This document shows, one piece after another, positions 56,532 to 64,000 of a DNA stretch of 64,000 bases. Position 1 is the first letter of the stretch; each line of letters starts with the position of its first letter. The stretch is taken from NCBI GenBank assembly GCA_964406075.1, contig CAYOQI010000002.1, positions 96,565-160,564 of the forward strand, read 5' to 3'. The notes beneath the pieces are model-generated. The model had not been told where the DNA came from and made no database searches. It saw only the letters and a list, made by a program, of their open reading frames with translations. The position numbers were made by a program, and so were the translations under genes. Source of the stretch: an uncultured Pseudomonadales bacterium (GTDB lineage: Bacteria > Patescibacteriota > Microgenomatia > UBA1400 > PJMF01).

Positions 56532-57737
56532 ATGAAAGTAAATAATTTTCTCATTCAACAGATCAAAAAAGAGACAATTCTTTCAGCAGATTTTATTTTT
56601 GATAAACCTTTTGGTACCGGGAAAGACCGATACCTTTCCCATTTCCTCAATCTGAAACGCATTTTTATTGAACCAAAAAAATTTCTTAAAAAAACACGTG
56701 CATTCAAAAAAACTATTTGGTTTAAGATTCCGACCAAGCATGTTCATGCACGTACAGGCGAAGATGCATTTTTTACACTTTCCTTAGGTTTAGCTTTTTT
56801 CTTAAATGAAGATCTATATTTTGATGGTGTCGTATCACAAGATTTAATTGAGAAAACGTCACAAATCAGAGAGTACTTTGACTATGGGAATTTCAAGAAA
56901 AAAATCCGTATTACGTATCAAGTTGGTAAAAGTAAAACGGAAAAACGAAAAGGTGAAGCACAGTTTTTTTCTTTAGGTATTGACTCTTTTCATACATTAC
57001 TTTGTTATCAGAATGCCCATAAGAAAACTTCCCGGTATCTAGTATACGTTGATGGGTATGATGTGCCACTTAAGGAACAATCTTTTTTAAAAGATATACA
57101 CAGTAGAATTTCCGAAGTCGCTTCAACAACAGCTAATCATCCTCTTTTCATTCAGACTAATCTCAGAGAGATATCAGATAACATCATTGGTTGGGGGCAG
57201 TACCATGTCTCCGCACTTGCAGCCGTCGCCATGCTTTTACCATTTCAAAAAATGTATATTGCCGGTGAATCATTTGATGCTCCCGATTGGGGTTTAAGAA
57301 CCGGGGTCGATACACTTTTTTCAATTGATGACTTATCCTTAAAACTCATAGGACATAACATTCCTCGAAATTTAATATTAACAAAACTAAAGAAATCGCG
57401 TTTTTTTGATCTTTTTTTAAATCACGTTCGGGTTTGCTGGATAAATGTTGAGTCATCACCAATTTTATACAACTGTTCAATCTGTCAAAAATGTTTGAGA
57501 ACGCAATTAACCCTTATAGCCTTAGGTTATGAAAACATTCCAACTTTTAATGAATTTGATATTCAGGCACTTAAAAATATCCAATTAAATAGTCATGTGT
57601 ATTCTGAATGGCAAACTCTCTATAAACTGCTTAAAAAAAATTCCCGAACGAGTTCAGAGCTACTAACAGTTTTAGAAGAACTCCTGAATAAACCGTTTGT
57701 ATTAATCCCTCATTCCTACAAAACGTATACTGTTTGA
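56532..57737 (+). CDS. QueC/ExsB-like PP-loop-superfamily protein with degenerate P-loop (uncharacterised)
   Basis: FFSLGIDSFHTLL (compare SGGxDS) at aa 145-157, and C-x12-C-x2-C-x2-C-LR (VCWINVESSPILYNCSICQKCLR) resembling the QueC zinc knuckle. Confidence 0.45.
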   Translation: MKVNNFLIQQIKKETILSADFIFDKPFGTGKDRYLSHFLNLKRIFIEPKKFLKKTRAFKKTIWFKIPTKHVHARTGEDAFFTLSLGLAFFLNEDLYFDGVVSQDLIEKTSQIREYFDYGNFKKKIRITYQVGKSKTEKRKGEAQFFSLGIDSFHTLLCYQNAHKKTSRYLVYVDGYDVPLKEQSFLKDIHSRISEVASTTANHPLFIQTNLREISDNIIGWGQYHVSALAAVAMLLPFQKMYIAGESFDAPDWGLRTGVDTLFSIDDLSLKLIGHNIPRNLILTKLKKSRFFDLFLNHVRVCWINVESSPILYNCSICQKCLRTQLTLIALGYENIPTFNEFDIQALKNIQLNSHVYSEWQTLYKLLKKNSRTSSELLTVLEELLNKPFVLIPHSYKTYTV

Positions 57738-57744
57738 GTTCATT

Positions 57745-58248
57745 TTAACTGGAAAATTTTTTAAATCTCTGCAAAGAAAGATATTCTTTTATCTTCCGTA
57801 TCATTAGCTGTAACCTACTCATATTTGAGGAGGTTGGAACGTACATAATCTGATATTGATGACCTAGCAGACGATTAAAAATATACCGTGTTCTCGGAAG
57901 ATGAAAATCTGAAGTTACAACAATAATTTTTTTCCAATTATTAGGTGTAAGAAAGTGTTCTAAACAATTCAGTGCATTGCTCTCTGTATTGTGGGAATAT
58001 TCTTCTTTGAAGATAACTTTTTGTGGAATTCCAAGTATCTGGGCATGTTTTTTCATTGCCTCAGCTTCTGTAGTCGGAGGCTGATGCTTTTCTCGATATG
58101 TACTCCACTTACCCGACATCAACACACGCGGAGCATATTTTGCTTCAAATAACTCTTTTGCTTTTTCAATTCGTTTTTGGACACCATCGGGTAAATACCC
58201 CTCATCAGTTATTCCACCCGCCAAAACAATAATTACATCGTATTTCAT
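57745..58248 (-). CDS. DUF218 (YdcF/ElyC-like) domain protein
   Basis: MKYDVIIVLAGG and VVTSDFHLPR. Confidence 0.75.
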   Translation of the reverse strand: MKYDVIIVLAGGITDEGYLPDGVQKRIEKAKELFEAKYAPRVLMSGKWSTYREKHQPPTTEAEAMKKHAQILGIPQKVIFKEEYSHNTESNALNCLEHFLTPNNWKKIIVVTSDFHLPRTRYIFNRLLGHQYQIMYVPTSSNMSRLQLMIRKIKEYLSLQRFKKFSS

Positions 58249-58310
58249 GTATCACGAATTATAGCCACTTGAAAATAAAAAGAAGAAAACAGTTTAAAAG
58301 ATGGAATCGT

Positions 58311-58727
58311 TTACTCTTTTTTCCCTGTGATATTTACCATCCAAGCAATTCCAAACTTATCATTCACCATACCAAAAGTATCTCCCCAAGGTGCTTTTTC
58401 TAACGGTAAAGTAACAGTGCCACCAACAGCGAGTTTATCCCAATACCCTCTCAGTTCTTCTTCATTGTCTCCACTCAAGGACATGTTGATACTAGAACCG
58501 GAGTGATGTTCCATGCCAGGAGGAGTATCGGAAGCCATAAAAACGATGCCATTATCAGCGATCAACATGGCATGCATAATCTTATTTTCATCACTCGGAT
58601 TATTTGTCATCCCACCCTCTTTAAAAGTCGTTTGATCTAATTTTCCGCCAAATACAGTTTTATAAAATTCCATTGCCTCACGCGTATTATCTTTGAAACT
58701 AATGTATGGATTGAGTCTACTTTGCAT
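58311..58727 (-). CDS. VOC-family PhnB-like protein
   Basis: NPYISFKDNTREAMEFYKTVFGG and KFGIAWMV. SD AAGGAG. Confidence 0.75.
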   Translation of the reverse strand: MQSRLNPYISFKDNTREAMEFYKTVFGGKLDQTTFKEGGMTNNPSDENKIMHAMLIADNGIVFMASDTPPGMEHHSGSSINMSLSGDNEEELRGYWDKLAVGGTVTLPLEKAPWGDTFGMVNDKFGIAWMVNITGKKE

Positions 58728-58827
58728 AATTTCTCCTTACTTTTTTATTTTAAAAATATTTGCTTGTGAAAATAATTATATCCTAATGATTGACTTTACA
58801 CCCTCGCTCTATTCATAATTCTATTTA

Positions 58828-59958
58828 ATGCCTGAATCTGAAAATAATCTTATCAATAAAGCTGATATTACAAAAGAAAAAATCTTGAGTAATGATGAGT
58901 CTATGTGGAATGCTTTTCAAAAGATTTTAATGTTTATTTCCTTAGGTTTATACTCTGTTTCTCTTCATTCACTATGGAGTTCATTCATTCAATATTGGTT
59001 TCCTAGCTACAGAAGTTACGGAAGTGTAATAGATGCTTCCTATTATGGAAGAGCTATTGAAACAATTGACCCTAATGACCTAAATTATGCAATTGCTGGT
59101 TTGTTGGTATCAGCTCCTTTTTTTATTTCGCTTTTCATCCTGACGAATAAAAAATATACACAGCAACCTAACTTAAAAAATAACACCATTAAAAAAGTTT
59201 TAACTTATAATACCCTGATCGCGACATTTTTGATTTTACTTTTCAGGACGATATCAGCAATTACTACCGCATTAAATGATCAATTCACCCTTAACTTCGG
59301 ACTGAATTTAATACTTACTTTCTCAATCACGGGAGCAATTTTTCTCTACTACTTATATGAAGTACGATTTGAAAAAAAAGTGGCACCTTTTTTGGCATAC
59401 TTGAGTGCTGGAATATGCATTGCATTTATTACACTTGTCACTTTAGGTATCGGACTATTTATTCGATATGAACTGAAACAAGATTTGAGACCTATGCCCG
59501 TTTCTCCCTTTGCGACACCATACACAAATTATGCAACTCCTACTCCTATTAAGCCTGTTGCCCTAGCTACTGATACAAATCTTCCTTCAGAAATTCAGAC
59601 CGTACAAGGAATTGATTTTACAATTGAGAAAGCGGAAATTTATAATAGGGGAGAACAAAAAATTCTCGAGATGTCATTCTTATTTGAATCAAATATGCCC
59701 TGCCCTCTAGAAGGTGGAGCTGTATGCGGTATCAATAGTCGAGGTATTCAAGCTACTGACCAAAATGGATTCATACTAGATCGTGTCACAACAAATGATT
59801 CTGAGGAAATTAAAGACCGTATTTTAAAACCAGGACAAAAAGGTAAAGGACTCATTCTTTTTAAGATAACAGATTTAACTGATACAGTTACTGTTACTTA
59901 CAGTGCACCTTCAGGAGAAACCTCACAGGTCATAGTCCAATTTGCTTACGAAAATTAA
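58828..59958 (+). CDS. Polytopic membrane protein with C-terminal extracytoplasmic beta-sandwich-like (DUF4352-like) domain
   Basis: 376 aa with about 5 TM, then a soluble domain (FTIEKAEIYN...GKGLILFKI). CATAAT lies 8 nt upstream of the ATG. Confidence 0.5.
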   Translation: MPESENNLINKADITKEKILSNDESMWNAFQKILMFISLGLYSVSLHSLWSSFIQYWFPSYRSYGSVIDASYYGRAIETIDPNDLNYAIAGLLVSAPFFISLFILTNKKYTQQPNLKNNTIKKVLTYNTLIATFLILLFRTISAITTALNDQFTLNFGLNLILTFSITGAIFLYYLYEVRFEKKVAPFLAYLSAGICIAFITLVTLGIGLFIRYELKQDLRPMPVSPFATPYTNYATPTPIKPVALATDTNLPSEIQTVQGIDFTIEKAEIYNRGEQKILEMSFLFESNMPCPLEGGAVCGINSRGIQATDQNGFILDRVTTNDSEEIKDRILKPGQKGKGLILFKITDLTDTVTVTYSAPSGETSQVIVQFAYEN

Positions 59959-59975
59959 GTAAACAGGAAACGCTA

Positions 59976-60395
59976 TCATTCATACGTCTTCTTCACATGA
60001 AGAAATGATTTTTCTATTAAAGTGGTAAGAATAGTTTTATCCACATCTGACAATCGTTTAATGTATAGACAGGCTTTGCTAGCCGAATGTTTTCCCAATT
60101 TTTCTAATAATTCTTGACTATCTTCATTCCCCGGCATGACATAGAGTGTTAAGTTTTGTTTCCTTGGTGAAAATCCAGCTAACGGCCAAACCACTTCCTG
60201 TTTACTTTTTTCCGATTTGACATGGTACGAGCCAAAACCCACGATACTTGTTCCCCACATCACGGCTTTTTCACCCGTGATACGTTCGAACAATTCAAGG
60301 AGAATAAAACTGTCACGTCGTTTTTGTTCATCTTCTATTGTGTTCAAAAACTCAGCAACACTTTTGGTCGTTGGTTTCGTTTTAGGTTCTGACAT
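59976..60395 (-). CDS. DUF1801 (YdhG-like) domain protein
   Basis: SVAEFLNTIEDEQKRRDSFILLELFERITGEKAVMWGTSIVGFGSYH. Confidence 0.75.
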   Translation of the reverse strand: MSEPKTKPTTKSVAEFLNTIEDEQKRRDSFILLELFERITGEKAVMWGTSIVGFGSYHVKSEKSKQEVVWPLAGFSPRKQNLTLYVMPGNEDSQELLEKLGKHSASKACLYIKRLSDVDKTILTTLIEKSFLHVKKTYE

Positions 60396-60463
60396 ATGGA
60401 AATTATAACAAACCCATTTACTTTTAAATTTTGAAACTCACTAAAAATTATTTCTTTGAAAAT

Positions 60464-60925
60464 TTACATCCCTACTTCAATATCAAAATTATACGTTTCA
60501 ATTTCGGTACTATTGAGGCTTCGATAAAAAGAAAGCGCCTCTTTATCTTTTTTATCTGCTTGGACAAAAATAGTATAAGCACCACGTTCTCGAGCAATAC
60601 GTTTGAGATTCATCAAAAGTGTTGTACCAATACCTTTACGTTGATGACTTGCTAACACTGCCAGATCATATATATAAATTTCACTTCGAGCTTGCTCAAA
60701 CTTTTTTAATTCATACGCTACTAAACCACCAAGTACTACATCATTTTTATCAATGGCAACAAGAATAATATGTGAACTATCACTTAAAAATTTTTTAATA
60801 TAATTTTCATCAGGAATAGCACCTTGATAACTTGAATTATCTTCAAACACCTTAGCAAATAACCTCATTAAATCTCTGTAGTGAGAAATATCCGTCACGA
60901 GCAACTGTTTATAGGTAGGCGTCAT
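60464..60925 (-). CDS. AAC(3)-I-like aminoglycoside N3-acetyltransferase (GNAT)
   Basis: Colinear with AAC(3)-Ia as I recall it: [30 protein letters not shown] here versus [30 protein letters not shown], and [10 protein letters not shown] versus GAYVIYVQAD. Confidence 0.75.
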   Translation of the reverse strand: [153 protein letters not shown]

Positions 60926-61016
60926 ATATCCGAGAATTATATCAATTTATCATTTTTCTAGACAATGAGCGCAATTGTGATAACGTGAATCTTTATCAAA
61001 ATACTTCTTTCTCAGG

Positions 61017-61022
61017 TATAAT
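61017..61022 (+). promoter_or_regulatory. -10 box TATAAT, 8 nt upstream of the ABC-F start codon (leaderless candidate)
   Basis: GGTATAAT-CACTCTTC-ATG. Confidence 0.5.
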
Positions 61023-61030
61023 CACTCTTC

Positions 61031-62653
61031 ATGTTAATCGAAGCAAAGAACCTATCAAAATCAATTGGAGCGAAACATCTCTTTCGAGATATCTCGTTTT
61101 CTATTGTGGCAGGAGAAAAAATCGCGTTGATCGGTAGAAACGGTCATGGCAAAACCACACTCTTAAAAATGTTGACGGGTGAAGATCATGACTTTGAAGG
61201 ACAAATTATCACACGAAAAGGTATTCGCATTACGTTAACTCAACAAGAACACATTCATGATAATAAGCAATCACCGTTAGAGTATATTTTAAAAACTGTT
61301 CCCCGCTACTTGGAATATAAAAAGACCTTAGATGAGTATGAGCAAGGACTTAGTTCCAACATCAATCATTATTTGGAAACACTAGAACATTTTAGTGAAA
61401 AAAAATACTTCAGTCTTGAAGATGCTGTGTTGAGTACGCTCGCTGATTTCAATATTTCTAATGACTTAGCCAAACAACCGTTAGCTAATTTATCAGGTGG
61501 TGAAAAACGTTATGTAGAGATGACTCGCATGATGTTCTCTCGTTCTGATTTGTTGCTCGTTGATGAACCAACTAATCACATGGATTATCAAGGTAAAGAT
61601 AGATTCATTACCTGGATGAAAGGACTTTCTCAAGCCATCGTCGTCGTCACTCACGACCGTGATGTGCTAAAACACGTAACAAAAATCATTGAACTCAAAG
61701 ATCAAAAGATTGAAATCTTCAAAGGTAATTACGATAACTACATTGCTCAAAATGCTAATAAAACCCTGACCTCAGTCAAGCTTTATTCTGATCAACTGAA
61801 CCGACTGAAAGAAGCCAAGAAGAAAGTCGAGTGGGGTTTGCAGATGAGAGTCAAAAGCAAAGAATGGAAAATTCGATACGACCATTGGTTACGAGATTAT
61901 GAAAAACTGAAAGCTGAAACTGTCAAGCCATCTTTTTGGATTGATCAAAGTTCCGTTGAAGCATTGGACAAAAAAGTGGTGGATTCGTACGAAAAGTTTA
62001 AACAGAAAAATATCAATATCACAGTCAGTAACAAAAGTACTGGTTCAGCAGAACTCGTTCGTGTCAGAGATTTAGCATTGGGCTATGGTGATCCAGTTTT
62101 TTCAAATTTGAACTTTACTGTCAACGGGAATGATCGAATTTTTATTAAAGGAAAAAATGGTGCTGGTAAAAGTACCTTAGTTCGAACCATCCTCAGTATG
62201 TCCAAAGAAGAAAAACCAAAAGCGAGTCATCTTGACGGAGAAATCGTCTTAGGAAATAACATTCGTATTGGTGAGTATGAACAAGAAATTAGTGAGAGAT
62301 ATTTATCACTGCCGTTGGAGCAAGCGATTCGAATTAGTTATGAGGAGAAAAAAGTGAGTATCGAAGAGAGACAAATCAAAAGTATTATGGCTCAGTACTT
62401 GTTCCATCCAATTAACGATGGAAACCAAAAAATCATGAATTTATCAGGTGGACAAAAGGCTCGTTTTCAATTGATCAAAATGTTTATCGGTGAACCAAAT
62501 CTTTTGATTCTGGATGAGCCAACTAACCATTTGGACTTACCGTCTATTGAAGAACTTGAAAATGCCTTAGCTCAGTTTGAAGGTGGCATTCTCTTCATTT
62601 CTCACGACACCTATTTCATTAACACCATGGGTGACAAAGTGGTGGAAATTTAA
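61031..62653 (+). CDS. ABC-F family ATPase (two NBDs, no TMD)
   Basis: NBD1: GRNGHGKTT, LSGGEKRY, LLLVDEPTNHMD. Interdomain linker of about 90 aa. NBD2: GKNGAGKST, LSGGQKARF, LLILDEPTNHLD. Confidence 0.9.
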   Translation: MLIEAKNLSKSIGAKHLFRDISFSIVAGEKIALIGRNGHGKTTLLKMLTGEDHDFEGQIITRKGIRITLTQQEHIHDNKQSPLEYILKTVPRYLEYKKTLDEYEQGLSSNINHYLETLEHFSEKKYFSLEDAVLSTLADFNISNDLAKQPLANLSGGEKRYVEMTRMMFSRSDLLLVDEPTNHMDYQGKDRFITWMKGLSQAIVVVTHDRDVLKHVTKIIELKDQKIEIFKGNYDNYIAQNANKTLTSVKLYSDQLNRLKEAKKKVEWGLQMRVKSKEWKIRYDHWLRDYEKLKAETVKPSFWIDQSSVEALDKKVVDSYEKFKQKNINITVSNKSTGSAELVRVRDLALGYGDPVFSNLNFTVNGNDRIFIKGKNGAGKSTLVRTILSMSKEEKPKASHLDGEIVLGNNIRIGEYEQEISERYLSLPLEQAIRISYEEKKVSIEERQIKSIMAQYLFHPINDGNQKIMNLSGGQKARFQLIKMFIGEPNLLILDEPTNHLDLPSIEELENALAQFEGGILFISHDTYFINTMGDKVVEI

Positions 62654-62682
62654 AATTTCTTTTTCAAAATTGTAACAAAAAG

Positions 62683-63894
62683 TTATTTTTTTAAAATTCT
62701 ACTCAGATCATCTTCAATTGAATCATTACTAGAGTTGTGAATACTCAGATCATGATATTGAAAGACTTCAGAATCTTTGAGACCTGAACCAGTCAACATT
62801 AACACGACGCTTTCATTGTCTTTAATTTTTCCTGCTTGTCTCAGTTTTTTCACTGCTGCTAAAGAAGTTGCTGACGCTGGTTCAACAAAGAACCCTGCTT
62901 TTGCTAACAATCGCTGGGAATCCAAAATTTCTTCTTCGCTAGCAACCTCCGCTAACCAATCGTACTTATATGCTTTATCTAAAATCTCATCACCACCCAT
63001 TGGATTTCCTGTAGTAATTGCTTCAGCCACAGTTGTAAAGTTTGTAAAAGGAATTGGCTGTTTTTCTCCTTTTTTCCAAGCTGATACAAGCGGACTATTA
63101 TTTTCAGCTTGTACTATGATCATTCTTGGAAGTTTATTTATCAGACCGACTTCTTGAAGCTCTCGATAACCCTTAAAAATTCCTCTTATATGTCCACAAG
63201 CAGAAGTAGGTACAGCAATAAAATCAGGGACTTCACCATTTAACTGTTCATACATTTCAAAAGCTGTTAACTTGTATCCTTCCACTCGAATCGGACCATT
63301 CCCTGAAACAATTCTTAGATTCATTTTAGACGCCAAACTGAGAACTTTCTTTTTCATTTCACCGTAATCAGAAGACTCAACTTTAATAACAGTTGCTCCA
63401 TGAATAGTCATTGATCGAATTTTTTCTTCAGGACAAAAAGTTGGAATGAAAATAATTGGTCTTACTCCAGCTCTTGCACCATACGCAGCAATGGATGCGC
63501 CCATATTTCCCGTAGAAATAGTTGCGGTGATTTCTTCACCCATTTCCTTCGCCATGAAAATACATGCTAAAGATCCACGATCTTTAAAACTCCAAGTGGG
63601 ATTCATCGTTTCATTTTTGAGAAGTAATTTTTCAATACCGGTGTACTCGGAAAGTTGTGGTGAATGAAGAAGTGGCGTATCACCTTCGCCTAAACTCCAA
63701 CTTTCTTCCATAACAGTGAAAGGTAAAAATTTTGAAAATCTTTGCCAAAGATAACGACCTTCTTGAATCTGAGCATTTTCTATATCGTCAACTTTCACTT
63801 CTAAGGACTCACCATTCTCGGCAAATTCTTCCAAACGGTCGAAAGGATATTCAGTTCCCGTAATCGTAGAAATTAACTTATGTTCGATGCTCAT
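62683..63894 (-). CDS. thrC: Threonine synthase
   Basis: 403 aa with PLP-lysine motif NPTWSFKDRGS and the GNMGASIAAY glycine loop. SD AAGGAAAC. Confidence 0.85.
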   Translation of the reverse strand: MSIEHKLISTITGTEYPFDRLEEFAENGESLEVKVDDIENAQIQEGRYLWQRFSKFLPFTVMEESWSLGEGDTPLLHSPQLSEYTGIEKLLLKNETMNPTWSFKDRGSLACIFMAKEMGEEITATISTGNMGASIAAYGARAGVRPIIFIPTFCPEEKIRSMTIHGATVIKVESSDYGEMKKKVLSLASKMNLRIVSGNGPIRVEGYKLTAFEMYEQLNGEVPDFIAVPTSACGHIRGIFKGYRELQEVGLINKLPRMIIVQAENNSPLVSAWKKGEKQPIPFTNFTTVAEAITTGNPMGGDEILDKAYKYDWLAEVASEEEILDSQRLLAKAGFFVEPASATSLAAVKKLRQAGKIKDNESVVLMLTGSGLKDSEVFQYHDLSIHNSSNDSIEDDLSRILKK

Positions 63895-64000
63895 ATGTTT
63901 CCTTTGCTTTTAAATAGCTATAAATAGTTGGCCTACTTACTCCTAGTAAGTTGGACAAACTGGAAATTGCATTACGAAGTTGAAGTAATCCTTTACTTTC
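63878..64000 (-). CDS. C-terminal 40 aa of an HTH-containing protein (5' end outside window)
   Basis: Own translation: ESKGLLQLRNAISSLSNLLGVSRPTIYSYLKAKETYEHRT*. LGVSRPTIYSYL is a classic HTH recognition segment. The stop overlaps the thrC start by 17 nt. Confidence 0.35.
   Translation of the reverse strand, partial: ESKGLLQLRNAISSLSNLLGVSRPTIYSYLKAKETYEHRT

Noticed and set aside
58190-58215. Third copy of the ATACCCCTC...ATCAG block of the intercistronic element
   Set aside because: The match is short (AATACCCCTCATCAG) and lies inside the DUF218 coding sequence, encoding ITDEGYLP. It lacks the second hairpin block and is probably chance.

Overview
AT-rich bacterial chromosomal segment (GC roughly in the high 30s % by eye) using the standard genetic code. 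It holds about 75 tightly packed, mostly small genes, four tRNAs and one decayed tRNA copy. I found no rRNA, CRISPR array, transposase or integrase.

Gene content in order:
- CobW-like GTPase (truncated at the window edge), then an ahcY-adoK methyl-cycle salvage pair.
- PIF1/RecD-like helicase, RadC and two tRNA-Ser.
- Small hypothetical and envelope proteins.
- tRNA-Arg plus a decayed copy.
- MFP-RND efflux operon, secreted Excalibur nuclease, GNATs and DinB.
- Na+/H+ and Ca2+/cation antiporters.
- A galactofuranose/cell-wall glycopolymer cluster (GH-like genes, glf, glycosyltransferase, LCP ligase, Cys-rich secreted protein).
- Nudix/deaminase/HAD/peptidase E genes.
- SGNH hydrolase with a long Pro/Thr linker, then HflX.
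- An HxlR-FMN reductase-esterase-dioxygenase quinone-stress module.
- DEAD-box helicase.
- A long run of small detox/stress-domain genes (VOC, DUF1801, SRPBCC+ArsR, Nudix, deaminase, GNAT).
- Pyruvyl transferase plus a QueC-like protein.
- An AAC(3)-I-like acetyltransferase divergent from an ABC-F ATPase.
- thrC.

The absence of outer-membrane components, the LCP ligase, the many tiny membrane proteins and tRNAs without encoded CCA fit an uncultivated monoderm lineage such as Patescibacteria/CPR. That is inference only.

No recognisable defence or mobile system is present. The most unusual signals are at nucleotide level:
1. Two short GC-rich palindromic micro-insertions share a CCTGCCYGCCG core. 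One sits in-frame inside ahcY, the other in the T-loop of a tRNA-Arg remnant.
2. A two-hairpin intercistronic element recurs directly upstream of two unrelated start codons.
3. About 14 genes have a (TGn)TAnAAT -10 box 6-9 nt upstream of the start codon, a leaderless-mRNA architecture.
4. tRNA-Arg carries a GCG anticodon.
5. A QueC-like protein with a degenerate PP-loop lies in a glycan-modification locus.
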